Below are positions 40,528 through 51,515 of a DNA stretch of 64,000 bases, piece by piece. This DNA comes from Candidatus Bathyarchaeota archaeon (GTDB taxonomy: Archaea > Thermoproteota > Bathyarchaeia > 40CM-2-53-6). The first letter of the stretch is position 1; each line of letters starts with the position of its first letter. Where the stretch lies: the NCBI GenBank assembly GCA_963833125.1, contig CAWHWX010000018.1, forward strand, positions 96,001 to 160,000, given 5' to 3'. Made by a program: the position numbers and the translations under genes. The notes beneath the pieces are model-generated. The model saw only the letters and a list, made by a program, of their open reading frames with translations. It had not been told where the DNA came from and did no database searches.

Positions 40528-40565
40528 GCCGCCGACTCGCTGGCTCGTGCGTTGGTAAGCTCGGA

Positions 40566-41225
40566 ATGTCCATAATTCTCGCGGATGTATTCGGTAGCCC
40601 GAACATCGGCGTCTACTGCTTCGCAAACGAAAACATTGCCATTGTTCCTCCAGGATTAACAAAGCGTAAGATCGGCCAGTTCGCTGAAACGCTAGACGTT
40701 GAAGTCTGCAGTACAACCATAGCCAGCTCCACTCTCGTGGGAGCAATGGTGACGGGGAACTCCAACGCCATCTTGGTTCCGCACACCATATCCGATTATG
40801 AGTTGAAAAGAATAGAAGAGTTCGCGAAAGTTGTAATAGTAGATTCTAGATGGACTGCTCTAGGTAACGTCATCCTAACCAACGATAACGGCGCCGTCGT
40901 TCATCCAGAAGCCTCATCATACGTCTTGAGGGCTGTGAACGACGAGTTGAAAGTGAAGTCGGTTTCTGGCATGTTAGGAACGTTGCCATTCGTAGGCGCC
41001 CTCGGGGTCGCCACAAACAAAGGAGCAATGCTGAGCCCGAACACAACGCAGGAAGAACTCGACGTAGTCAAATCCGTTCTGCATGTTGAAACAGACCTGA
41101 GTTCAACGAATGGCGGCGTGCCCTTCGTCAAGTCAGGAATCCTCGCCAACTCAAAAGGTGCTGTCGTGGGCCCGTTGACGTGCGGTGCGGAACTGATGCA
41201 AATCAGTCGAACACTGGGACTCTAA
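40566..41225 (+). CDS. eif6: Translation initiation factor 6
   Basis: FGSPNIGVY, GNSNAILVP, ALGNVILTNDNGA, NGGVPFVKSGILANSKGAVVG. Confidence 0.95.
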   Translation: MSIILADVFGSPNIGVYCFANENIAIVPPGLTKRKIGQFAETLDVEVCSTTIASSTLVGAMVTGNSNAILVPHTISDYELKRIEEFAKVVIVDSRWTALGNVILTNDNGAVVHPEASSYVLRAVNDELKVKSVSGMLGTLPFVGALGVATNKGAMLSPNTTQEELDVVKSVLHVETDLSSTNGGVPFVKSGILANSKGAVVGPLTCGAELMQISRTLGL

Positions 41226-41235
41226 AGCCAACGTC

Positions 41236-41728
41236 CTAGCTAGCTTTCTGGAATAACTGGTCCCATTTACCTTGGTCCAGTTCTTTCTGGACCTCGCGCG
41301 GGTCCTTGCCTTCGATCGTTATTCCTAAGCTGACACATGTTCCCATGACTTCCTTCGCAGCAGCCTTGGTTGATTTCGCGTAACTACTCGGCATTTTCAT
41401 TCCGCCTATCTTGGCAACCTGTTCCATCGTGAGGTTTCCAACCTTTTCCGCCTTCGGGTTACCAGATCCTTTCGAGATTCCAAGCTCCTTTACGACCAGA
41501 GCTGAGGTAGTAGGGGTTCCTATTTCAACCTCGAATTCCTTTGTGTCGACATCAACCACAACGCGGACGGGGACTTTCATGCCCGCGGTAGGCTTTGGTT
41601 AGTTCGTTTATCCGGTTGACGATTTGGAGCACATTCACTCCTAAGGGACCTAACGCAGGTCCTAGGGGTGGGCCGGCATTAGCCTCCCCTCCGTTTAACA
41701 GCGCTTCAACTTGCTTCTTCTCGCCCAA
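41236..41728 (-). CDS. rpl11: 50S ribosomal protein L11; frameshift ~41590
   Basis: GGEANAGPPLGPALGPLGVN; MKVPV...PTTSAL; KEVMGTCVSLG. Confidence 0.95.
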
Positions 41729-42200
41729 CTGCAGGTGCACTTCCTCTAGCGGTCAACTTCACATAGTCAGCATGCACAGTAATTGGAAGGGTAGCGAATC
41801 CTTCTTCCAAGAGTTCAATCGTCACTTCTTCCTTCAGCTTGTCAACGTTTGTGATTCGCGCCTTCAGTCCCCTGAACGGACCACTTATGACCTCCACGGA
41901 GTCTCCGCTCTTCAGGTCTTCGATTACAGGTTTTGTAACAATGAACCGGTCCAATGCTTCAGCCGAAATCACACCTTTCGTTCGCGCCCTAGCATGGCGT
42001 ACGCCCGCGATAAGATCGTCAACGTAGTGTGGCCCAGCCGCTTCCACGAATATGTACCCCTTAACAACGTCAGGTGCTAAGATGCTAACGATCGGGAGTT
42101 TCTTCAAACCTATCCTAGATGCAATAAGATCCACAACCGTTCTTTCTTGGCCGCTGGTAGTTCTCACGGCGTAGATGAGCATTTTACGCTCGGTGCTCAT
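41706..42200 (-). CDS. spt5: Transcription elongation factor Spt5 (NusG)
   Basis: YAVRTTSGQE, KGYIFVEA, GDSVEVISGPFRG KOW motif. Confidence 0.95.
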   Translation of the reverse strand: MSTERKMLIYAVRTTSGQERTVVDLIASRIGLKKLPIVSILAPDVVKGYIFVEAAGPHYVDDLIAGVRHARARTKGVISAEALDRFIVTKPVIEDLKSGDSVEVISGPFRGLKARITNVDKLKEEVTIELLEEGFATLPITVHADYVKLTARGSAPAVGREEAS

Positions 42201-42412
42201 CAAGGCGCGGCTCCGGGATTGGCGGCTCCGGTTGACGTTTGCGGGAGCAGGTTGAAGAAGAGAAAGAGAACCCGAATGATGAATCCAAGCGAACCGACTA
42301 TCGCCACTCCTAGAAAGCTGATCTTGACCATCAATGATACCTCGTCCCGTGAAGGCTTCGTTGTGACATGGAGTAGACGTTTGGTTGAATCCCAGAATTC
42401 GCGTGTGTTCAA
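42200..42412 (-). CDS. secE: Protein translocase subunit SecE/Sec61-gamma
   Basis: RLLHVTTKPSRDE..KISFLG..IVGSLGFII; directly upstream of spt5. Confidence 0.9.
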   Translation of the reverse strand: MNTREFWDSTKRLLHVTTKPSRDEVSLMVKISFLGVAIVGSLGFIIRVLFLFFNLLPQTSTGAANPGAAP

Positions 42413-42495
42413 GCATTGTCCCTCTGGATTCTAGTCATTTGCGCTTGGAATGATTTGATGTTGAAAATGAAAGCCCTCTATTTTAACCTTTGAAA

Positions 42496-43296
42496 TTACA
42501 CGCGAACAATTTCGACATTCATTTGCTTCAGATCCCCAAGAAGTACCGATCTTTCGGAGCCGCGAATGCCTTTCCAGTCGATGATCGCAGTTCTGCAACC
42601 ACCTAAGGTTCGCTCGAAAGCCATACGCACCACCGCTTGATCGTAGTCTTCAAAAAAATATTTTGAGAAAATGTGGCTGAAAGCATACCCATCCTTTCTA
42701 AGAGCGTCGCAGTGCTTGTTGCAGTAATGGCCTCCACCAAAGCCAACCACGACTTTCGCTTTGGCAGGACCTGTAGCCGCTTTCCAAATTGCCTCGCTCG
42801 CCGCTGCTCCCGCTCCCATATCGTTCCACTCCTTCTCTGTGCTCCCGATCTCTACGAAAAGTGTAGGAATCCCAAGCTCTGTCGGGCCATGGTGAGTGGC
42901 TTCTAGGGTAACCGCGTAATTCAGTTTCATTGCATCTCGGGCAGTATCCAGAGTCAACAATGCGGTACGCAGACGTCTGGGGTCTGTGTGTGACAGGCTC
43001 TTGGGCTTGCCGCCGAAATCAGACCGGCCGGTTGTATTACCGGTCCAATGAGCCGTCATGGCGGGTTCGTTACTCTCGCTACGATGTCTCGAGGCAAAGA
43101 TCACGGCCTCAGGAACGAAATCTACGTCTAGCTTGTCGGTGTAAATGCCCTCCGTCTCGACGTGTTTGAGGAATACGCCCTCGGCCCGAAACAGATCCTT
43201 GGTCTGAGTCTCTTGAAAGGACTTCAAGCGAGTTAGTTGTCGTGCGATGTTTTGCGCTGCCGGGTCAAGCTTAGAGGCGATAATGAGCACCGTCAC
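42496..43296 (-). CDS. dtdA: D-aminoacyl-tRNA deacylase (archaeal DTD2)
   Basis: FASRHRS, TAHWTGN, EATHHGPT, FVEIGS, GFGGGHY. Confidence 0.92.
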   Translation of the reverse strand: MTVLIIASKLDPAAQNIARQLTRLKSFQETQTKDLFRAEGVFLKHVETEGIYTDKLDVDFVPEAVIFASRHRSESNEPAMTAHWTGNTTGRSDFGGKPKSLSHTDPRRLRTALLTLDTARDAMKLNYAVTLEATHHGPTELGIPTLFVEIGSTEKEWNDMGAGAAASEAIWKAATGPAKAKVVVGFGGGHYCNKHCDALRKDGYAFSHIFSKYFFEDYDQAVVRMAFERTLGGCRTAIIDWKGIRGSERSVLLGDLKQMNVEIVRV

Positions 43297-43307
43297 TTGG
43301 TGTTCGC

Positions 43308-44213
43308 CTAGCCAACAATTTTTTCGACCATTTGCCCCGGCTCAAAGGAAATGATGTCTTCGTAATCTTGTCCCACTGTTGCGAAAAGAATCGGTTTACC
43401 AATAATTGCTGCTATCGATATTGCGCTGCCCCCCTTGACGTCTGCGTCAAGCTTGGTGAGTATAACTCCGTCTATGGGTACGGCCTCTGAGAAGCTGCGG
43501 CCCTGTTCGACTGCGTCATTTCCTGTCAAAGCGTCTACGACTAATATTGTGAGGCTGGGTTTGGCTACTCGAGCTATTTTTTTCATTTCCTCGAGGAGGT
43601 TCTTGTTGGTCTGCATTCTTCCTGCTGTATCAATTAGGACGGCGTTCGTGCCGTGGGCGTTAGCGTAGTTTGATGCGTCGAACGCAACTGCAGCTGAGTC
43701 TCCGCCGTAGTCATGTTTGATGGTTTTGATTCCGATTCTTCGTGCATGTTCTTCGATTTGCTCTATCGACCCCGTTCGGTAGGTGTCGGCTGCGGCTATC
43801 AGGACCGAGTATCCCTTGTGTTGAAGTAGGTACCCTATCTTGGCAACGGTGCTCGTCTTCCCAGTTCCGTTGACTCCAACGAAGAGTATGATGACTGGTT
43901 TGTGCTGAGCCTTCCCCTCATCTAGCACCTTGAAGAATGTCTCTCCTCCACTCCCTTTCAAGAGATCTAGAAGGACTTCGCTCAGTACGGTTTTCGCTGG
44001 TAGGGTTGCGTCTGAGAATCGCCGAATCTGAGTGGTCTCAAGTTTCTGTCGCAAGCCATCACAAATCTTCTGTGCAACCTCATACGCGACGTCGTTCTGA
44101 ACTAGAACGAGGAGGAACTCATCGAGTACTTGTCCGATATCTTTGTCTGATAATTCTCGCTGTGATATCTTTTGAACTAGGCTGCTAACGCCTGATCTCA
44201 ACTTCTCGAACAA
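43308..44213 (-). CDS. ftsY: SRP receptor FtsY
   Basis: GVNGTGKT, ADTYR, DTAGR, TKLDAD.KGG, GQDYED. Confidence 0.95.
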   Translation of the reverse strand: MFEKLRSGVSSLVQKISQRELSDKDIGQVLDEFLLVLVQNDVAYEVAQKICDGLRQKLETTQIRRFSDATLPAKTVLSEVLLDLLKGSGGETFFKVLDEGKAQHKPVIILFVGVNGTGKTSTVAKIGYLLQHKGYSVLIAAADTYRTGSIEQIEEHARRIGIKTIKHDYGGDSAAVAFDASNYANAHGTNAVLIDTAGRMQTNKNLLEEMKKIARVAKPSLTILVVDALTGNDAVEQGRSFSEAVPIDGVILTKLDADVKGGSAISIAAIIGKPILFATVGQDYEDIISFEPGQMVEKIVG

Positions 44214-44270
44214 GTCTCATCGCACACCGCACAAGTCCGAATTAAGTTAAGATTTGAATTGATGTCGACT

Positions 44271-44742
44271 TCAGCTAGCGCGACGTGATGGCTGGGATGG
44301 CTTGGATGGCTGGGATTGTCGCTGTAGCAGGTCTTCGAGGGCTTCGCGATCCTGCTGATACCGAGTTGCGGTCTGGTCGAGTTGTTGTTGAATGGATGTC
44401 CTAGCCTTATCCAAGTCTTGCAGTCTGCCTTTCAATTCTTCCACGGAGCTCGCAACATCCTTCTCGACCGCAACACCGGCTCCGATGCCCATAACAAGCT
44501 TCTTCGAGTCTGCCACTTGCATTCTAATGTACGAGCCCGCACCCACCGGAACGAGCGTAGACTCTCCATCCTGAAGATTCTTCATTCCTTCAAGAGTATT
44601 ATACGCTAAGGTTACTTCGTTGATCGCGGGTGCGAACGATATCGAGCCTAGATTGGAGGACGCCTATGGATCCTTCAAGGATGCGTATCTCTGAAGCGAG
44701 CTGTCGGACAATGTCCTCTTCCTTCACTTGTGACGATGCCAT
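44271..44742 (-). CDS. pfdA: Prefoldin alpha subunit; frameshift ~44630
   Basis: LVPVGAGSYI, VMGIGAGVAVEK, coiled-coil arms; position between rpl18a and ftsY. Confidence 0.9.
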
Positions 44743-44746
44743 TTCT

Positions 44747-44956
44747 CTAGGCCTTGGCTTCGGAAGTTTCTTTCGATTCCTGAACGTCTTTTATCTTAAT
44801 CTCGAACTGGCGTGCTCTATGCTTACTCCCCATCTCCGCGTAGAGCCGCTGAAGGGCATGTTCCTTCTTCAGAGCTCTGAATTCCACTGAGAAAGGAACC
44901 TTCGTAAGGCCTTTTTTTATCTCACCCGTTATCCTGAACTTTTTCACTTCTGACAA
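44747..44956 (-). CDS. rpl18a: 50S ribosomal protein L18Ae/LX
   Basis: FRITG, FRALKKEHALQRLYAEMGSKHR. Confidence 0.92.
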   Translation of the reverse strand: MSEVKKFRITGEIKKGLTKVPFSVEFRALKKEHALQRLYAEMGSKHRARQFEIKIKDVQESKETSEAKA

Positions 44957-45018
44957 AGGCTAGTTACCTCGCCCTATGGCTGCGGCGCCCGCTATTAATC
45001 TGAAGGTTTCCGCAACAG

Positions 45019-46640
45019 TCAAAGTAGTCCAATCGCGAGCCCGTCTCTTCTTGGGTCTGCCGCGCCGTACAGGTTATCGTCTTCCGAGAGTTGTCCCGCG
45101 TGCACACCGCCGAAGTACAACCCAGGATCACTCCTTCCCAATAGTTTTCTAACTTCAACCGAGTGACCCATCTTACGGAGTTCAGTCGCGGTTCGGCTGG
45201 TTAGCGTCTTTTCCAGTTGTAGACGATCCCCGTGGACATGGATCCTTGACGCCGCCACAGCATCTTTCAGTCCCATATCGAACTCTATCACATTCAATAG
45301 CACTTGTAGAGTCGACGAGACGATTCGAGGACCTCCAGCTGATCCAACCGTCATGATAGGCCTGCCGTTCTTCAGGATGATAGTGGGGTTCATGCTGCTC
45401 ATAGGTATCTTCCAAGGTGACACTGAATTGGCCATACCGGGCCTAGGGTCAAAATCATGCATCGTATCATTCAAGATCATGCCAGTACCGGGAACCGTGA
45501 TTCCCGAACCGAAATAACATTCCAAGCTCTCAGTCATCGATACAACATTATGCTCAGAATCAATCGCCAAGAAGTGCGAGGTATTCGACGCAGGCATCAA
45601 AGGGTAGCTAGTGGGCTCAGTTGGAATGGAGACTTTGTTCGGATTAATTGTTGACCCGAGTTCTTTCGCGAAATCCTTCGAAACCAACGTACCTGTTGAG
45701 ACATCGGTGAAATCCGGGTCAGAAATCCTTGACCTGCAGTTCATATTGGCCCTGGCTAAGGCCTCGGCCAGTATGTGCAATGCTTGAGGGGAGTTCTGCC
45801 CGAAACTCTTCAGTGCACGGTTCTCAAGCATATTGAGCGATTGCAGAATTATTGCTCCACCTGTGCTTGGAGGCGGAGCCGTGATAATTTCATAGTCCTT
45901 GTATGATCCACGAAGTGGTTCCCTCATTGTGGGTTTGTATCGTTCTAGGTCGGTGGAGGTGATGAGGCCGTTGTTTGAAGTCATGTCGTCACAGATTTTC
46001 GTCGCGATGGTTCCATTGTAGAATTCTCCAGCTCCATCAAGTGCTATTTTCGCTAAGTCTTTCGAGGCAGAATAAAGCGAAATCTTCTCGCCTTGGCGGT
46101 AGGGCCGACCTTTGTTGAGGTAGGTTTTCTTTGACTCCTTGAACCGCTTGAGCTTGTTTACGCTTAGCTTCCACGTGAAGGCGAGTACTCTCCCCACGCG
46201 AAAACCCCTTCTGGCACATCTAATCGCTGGTTCAAGTGTGTCTTCCAACTTTGCCGTCCCGTATTTCTCTAGCATCAAAGCATGGCCTGCGATTGCTCCA
46301 GGAACTGCAACGGACTTGTATCCAACCGCATTCTCCTCGCGGACAACTCTTCCCGAACTCGTTAGCTTGAACATGCCTTCAGTCGCATTCAACGGAGCTC
46401 TTTCCGGAAATCGACGAAGAGAGCTTTCTCCTCACGAGCGAGCCAAATTAGCGCAAATCCGCCCCCACCGATTCCAGAGAAAGCGGGTGCGGCTACGCCT
46501 AGAGTGTGCGCAATAGTAACGGCTGCGTCTACGGCATTACCCCCGTGCTTCAGAATACTCAAACCGGACTTTGACGCAATAGGATTCGCAGAGACGACTA
46601 ACCCAGACGTAAACTTACGCAACTCTACCCTTTCGGCCAC
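45019..46640 (-). CDS. ggt: Gamma-glutamyltransferase; frameshift ~46395
   Basis: GGNAVDAAV, SGIGGGGF, DFR, AVPG, TSHF, FGSG, SSMNPT, GSAGGPRI, ADPRRDG. Confidence 0.92.
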
Positions 46641-46696
46641 TCTCCGTCGGTGTTATTAGAAGTTGATGCACTCTGAATTCCGATGTGTTTCGGGTT

Positions 46697-47893
46697 TTGC
46701 TCGATTTCTGTAAGCTACCGGTTGTGGATGCGCATTGTCATTCGTACCTAAGCTCACCGAAGGTTATGAATGGAACTGATTTTGCGCGCTACTCGAACAT
46801 TCTTGCGGCACCTCCGACTTTTCTAGATGGGAAATTCAAAGCACGCGCGTCGACCAACTCCAAAGGTCTAGAAGAAGACTTTCAGCTATGGATAGGGAGC
46901 AGCCTTATTCCAATCTGATGCTTCGCTGGCTTTCTGATTTCTTCCATTGCAAGGCCGACTGGGAGGCGGTCGCTAGTGCTCGAAGTGCGAGAGCCCAAGA
47001 CTTCGATGTTTACGTGCGGGAATTATTTCAGAACGTTGGGCTTGAGGGCCTCGTTATGGACGGTGCTTATCCTCCCCTGTCCGCGGAGGACATGGGGCAT
47101 TTTCCGGCCAACGTAGTGAAGATATTTCGGCTCGAGCCTTTGATCAACGACTTATTGGCAAAACATGATTCATTTGAGGAGTTTTGCTCGGGATACGATT
47201 CGGGAATCCGTAAGGCGGTCCAGAACGAGGGGTTTGTTGGGCTGAAGACCATAATCGCATACAGGACTGGGCTCAAGATTAGGAGAGTTGAGGCGAGAGA
47301 CGCTAAGAGTGATTTTCAGGCCTGCGCGGAAAGGTAGCGCGGAACAGGCGTGGTTTGGTCCCAACGTGAAGATGCTTCGCGACTTTCTAATCGTTCGAGC
47401 GTTAGAGCTCTCAATCGACTTGGATGTCCCTACACAGATCCACACCGGCGTAGGGGACTACGAGATCTTACTAGACCAATGTGATCCAGGACTTTTGTTC
47501 GGTCTGCTAACAGAGGATAAGATCAGACACGCCACAGTTGTACTGGTCCATTCCGGTTTCCCAAACAACCAGAATGCCGCCTACATGGCCTCAGTCCTTC
47601 CAAACGTCTTTCTCGACTTCTCTCTCACGATTCCATTCTTGAACCCCATCAGCCATCAGCGGCTGATGGAAATCTTGGAGATTGCTCCGAGTTCGAAGGT
47701 TATGTATGGTTCAGATGGTTTCGGCGTGCCAGAAATTTTCTGGTTCAGCGCCAAGCTTGGGAAACGCGTTCTCGAGAAATGTTTCACCCAATTCCGTGAG
47801 GAGAACGTTTTCGACGAGAATGAGATCAACGAGAAAGCGAAGAGGATTCTCTCAGAAAATGCACGGGAACTCTACCAAGTAGGCAACCGTTGA
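46697..47893 (+). CDS. Amidohydrolase_2 family protein; frameshifts ~46850 and ~47320
   Basis: VDAHCH, LKTIIAYRTGL, QIHTGVGD, VLVHSG, MYGSDG. Confidence 0.85.
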
Positions 47894-48029
47894 CATGAAT
47901 GGACGATTGAAGCTGAGTAAGTAAGTTACCATGATTTTCTATTTAGCATCTGTGCGCTCAATACTCCTTCAGCTCTTATAATTCTCCAACAAGCCAGCTG
48001 AGATTTGATTCTGAGGGGTAGGATGGACT

Positions 48030-48524
48030 TTGGGAGACGATGTCACACTGAGGAATGTCGAAGAAAATGATCTGCCTATCTTTTTCGAGTATGAGTCTGA
48101 TCCGGCGGCGGTCTACATGGCCGCTTTCACTGCCAAGAATCCAGCGGACAGGGAGGCCTTCGACGCACACTGGAAAAGGATTCTGGGTGACGAGACTATA
48201 GTTAAGAGAACCATACTTTTCGATGGGTATGTGGTCGGTTCAGTCGCGAGTTTCATCGACCGAGAGTTTGGTAAACGAGAGGTGACCTATTTGATTGGGA
48301 GAGAATATTGGGGAAAAGGCTTTGCCACTAAAGCGCTTTCAAAGTTCTTGAGCGAGGAGAAGGGTCGCCCAATTTATGCTCGTGCTTCAAAAGATAATGT
48401 TGCCTCCATCCGTGTCTTGGAAAAATGTGGGTTCAAAATTATCGGTCATGGAAAGGGTTTTGCAAATGCACGGGGTAAAGAGATCGAAGAAGTCGTCCTT
48501 GAACTAACAGCCAACATGAAATAG
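48030..48524 (+). CDS. GNAT (RimJ/RimL-like) acetyltransferase
   Basis: IGREYWGKGFAT, DNVASIRVLEKCGF. Confidence 0.9.
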   Translation: MGDDVTLRNVEENDLPIFFEYESDPAAVYMAAFTAKNPADREAFDAHWKRILGDETIVKRTILFDGYVVGSVASFIDREFGKREVTYLIGREYWGKGFATKALSKFLSEEKGRPIYARASKDNVASIRVLEKCGFKIIGHGKGFANARGKEIEEVVLELTANMK

Positions 48525-48660
48525 CTTCAACTCGTGGCAGCCTGACCGCAAACGAAGAATGCAGATTTGAGCTAGGCATTGTGCATGGGGACCCTAGGTG
48601 AAGCGGGGAAAAGCTGGTTAATGTTATATACACAGCCCATGCCGTACGTATTGAACGGGT

Positions 48661-50268
48661 TTGGCATCATCCAAAGTGTTCGTTAGGAACGCAACTGGTT
48701 TAGTCAGAGAATTCGGCGCACTAGATGCTTTGCTGTTTTCTAGCGCAATGGTGTTCGCACTAATCTTCACAACCGTCCAATTTGCTTGGTTCTACGGAAA
48801 TACCGGAGGCGCGAACCTTCCCCTCTCTCTGGTAGTTGCAGCTGTTCCATTCATCTTCCTAATGGTTGCGTATTGGGTTATGGCGGTGGTGATGCCGAGG
48901 ACAGGAAACGATTACGTGTGGGTTGGCAGAATCTTCCACCCTGCAATTGGTTTTGCATGGGGTTTGGTGTACATGTTCATCGTCCTTTTCGTCGCCTTTG
49001 TGGGAGCTGGAGTCGCGCCCTTTTCCTATGCATTTTCAATTTCCTTGACCTCGCTTGGATTGATCGAGAACTCACCCTCATTGACCAATTTCGGTAGCTT
49101 CCTTGGCGGCTCGACTGGGACCATTGAGCTTTCGATTCTCCTTACGCTTCTGTTTGCCGCGTTCTCCATCTTCGGATCCAGATTCATCAAAGCCCTCATG
49201 TACGGTTCCTGGATAGCCGCCGTAGTCGGAATACTGCTAATGTGGTACATCCTCGCAACCATGAATCCCCAAACGTTCGCCTCCAACTGGAACGCCCTCT
49301 TAGTCCCTAGTTTCGGAAACAACGCCACCTACCAAGCCGTCCAATCTTCAGGGCAGTCGGCAGGCTTCACGCTTTCTCCGCCAGGCTTCTCCTCCATTGC
49401 CGTGGCGCTTCCGCTCGCATCGCTGTTTCTCTTAGGAGGAAATTACACAAACGCTTTCGTAGGAGAAATCAAGAACGTCAAGAAATCAATTCCGATCGCC
49501 CTATTCCTGTCCCTACTCTTCGGCATCATATACTGGAGCATAACGGCAACCCTTACCCTAAACGCAGTCGGCGCGAACTGGATGTACGCAGTCGGCTACG
49601 CGTTCGACAACGGCAAGTTTGCTCTTCCCTTTCCACCGTCGCAGCCGTTGATGCTAGCCGTAGCTGCTTATCCGAACAGCGCGCTCATCTATCTCATGTT
49701 CATCACATATCTACTTGGGTCCTTGGCTCCGATCTTCGCTTACTTCTGGATAGCCAGCAAGTACATGTTCGCATGGGCATTTGACAGAGTAATTCCGTCT
49801 AGGTTCGCGGACATAAGTGAGCGTTTCCGTACGCCGCACCTATCGATCATAGCCGTCGTCGTGCTTGGCATATTGTCCGAAGTGGTCTACTTCTTGTTAG
49901 GCTGGTCTGGCTCATTCACAATGGGAACCGTGATCTGGGACGTTAGCTACGTCGTCCCGGGGCTTGCACTAGCGATCTTCCCATTTGTCAAGAAGGATCT
50001 TTTCAGCCAGTCTCCCGGCTTCGTGAGATGGAAAATTGGAGGGCTGCCGGTCGTGTCCATTGTAGGAATCATAACTGCAATCGCGTTTGCTTGGGAAGGA
50101 TACCTTGGATTCATAACGCCCGCGGCAGCAGTACCGACCCAATTCGGATACTACCTAACAGCCAGCGTTATCATCCTAGCATTCGTCATTTACTTCGCCT
50201 CGTGGGCCTACCACAAACGTGAGGGCCTCGACCTCTCACTTGCGCTGAAAACGATACCACCCGAATAG
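48661..50268 (+). CDS. APC family amino acid/amine permease
   Basis: FVRNATGLVRE, MPRTGNDYVW, GEIK, FAWAFDRVIP; about 12 TM helices. Confidence 0.9.
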   Translation: MASSKVFVRNATGLVREFGALDALLFSSAMVFALIFTTVQFAWFYGNTGGANLPLSLVVAAVPFIFLMVAYWVMAVVMPRTGNDYVWVGRIFHPAIGFAWGLVYMFIVLFVAFVGAGVAPFSYAFSISLTSLGLIENSPSLTNFGSFLGGSTGTIELSILLTLLFAAFSIFGSRFIKALMYGSWIAAVVGILLMWYILATMNPQTFASNWNALLVPSFGNNATYQAVQSSGQSAGFTLSPPGFSSIAVALPLASLFLLGGNYTNAFVGEIKNVKKSIPIALFLSLLFGIIYWSITATLTLNAVGANWMYAVGYAFDNGKFALPFPPSQPLMLAVAAYPNSALIYLMFITYLLGSLAPIFAYFWIASKYMFAWAFDRVIPSRFADISERFRTPHLSIIAVVVLGILSEVVYFLLGWSGSFTMGTVIWDVSYVVPGLALAIFPFVKKDLFSQSPGFVRWKIGGLPVVSIVGIITAIAFAWEGYLGFITPAAAVPTQFGYYLTASVIILAFVIYFASWAYHKREGLDLSLALKTIPPE

Positions 50269-50496
50269 GGCCTCTAACGCTCACCGAAGTCGTCAACAAC
50301 AACTGGGACTGTACGCTCAAATTCCGAATCCGCAGAACGGATACAGATTCCGACAATTGGTAGCGTCGAGCCTGAGGACCCAACCCGACAAACAATAAGC
50401 ACCCCTTTGCGATCACGGCAGGTAGCGCTTTAGGTAGCGGCAAAGTTCACCTAGAGCGACCGTGTGAATCATACTACAGAATGAGGCCATAGTGAT

Positions 50497-51391
50497 ATGT
50501 CGCCCTTAAGCCGAGATTTCATCGGTTATGGACGAGATGTTCCAAAAGTGCGTTGGCCCAAAGGTGCTAGGTTGGCGCTGACGGTTGCGGTAAACTATGA
50601 GGCTGGTGGCGAACGGGCTGTTGGGTTCGGGGACGAGGGGCCTGAGACGTTCGGTGAATTTCCTTCCTATGGGACACCGCCAAAACGTGACTTGGCGATC
50701 GAATCGATTTTTGAATACGAAACCCGCAGTTGCGATCTGGCGAATGCTAGACCTCTTCCAGAAGCATAAGGTAAAGACGACATTTTTCGCGACCGCAAAG
50801 ACATTGGAGACGAATCCGGAAGCCGCGAAGGAAATCGTTCGAAGAGGGCATGAGGTTTGCAGCCATGGTTATCGTTGGGTCGAACACTTCACGTTGACGA
50901 AGGAAGAGGAGCGAGAGGAAATTCGCAAGGCAATCAATGTTATTCAATCAATTACAGGCGATCGGCCGGTTGGATGGTACTGCCGGGAACCCAGCGAGAA
51001 TACAATCGAACTCCTTGCCGAGGAGGGGGGCTTTCTCTACGGCTCAGATGTCTACAACGATGATCTGCCGTATTATGTGAAGGCTGGGGGCAAGAGTTTC
51101 CTGCTCATCCCATACACACCAGACGCAAACGACTTTCACTACTTCTCGAACAGGTTTAGCAACTCCGAGGATTTCTACACATACCTCAAGGATTCATTCG
51201 ACGTTATGTACGAAGAAGGCCGGAAAAACCCCAAATTGATGAATGTCGGTCTTCATGTTAGAATATCCGGTAGGCCAGGGAGAACTGCAGCGGTCGACAG
51301 GTTTTTCAGATATGTCAAGGCGAAGCCAAAGGTCTGGGTCGCTCGACGGAGTGACGTCGCGAAATGGTGGCTTGACAGCTACAAGCCTTGA
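50497..51391 (+). CDS. PuuE-like polysaccharide deacetylase (allantoinase-type); frameshift ~50724
   Basis: RDFIGYG..WPKGARLA..VNYE, ESIFEY, HEVCSHGYRW, MNVGLHVRISGRPGR. Confidence 0.85.
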
Positions 51392-51515
51392 GATCTCAAA
51401 GAATCGCTCAGACGGTCAGAGTATCAAGAACCTCCCTAGGCACCTTCTCAATCTGAAACGTTTTTATGGGTCAGCGGAAATCGTGCCTTAGAAAATTGAC
51501 TAGATGGTCTAATCG

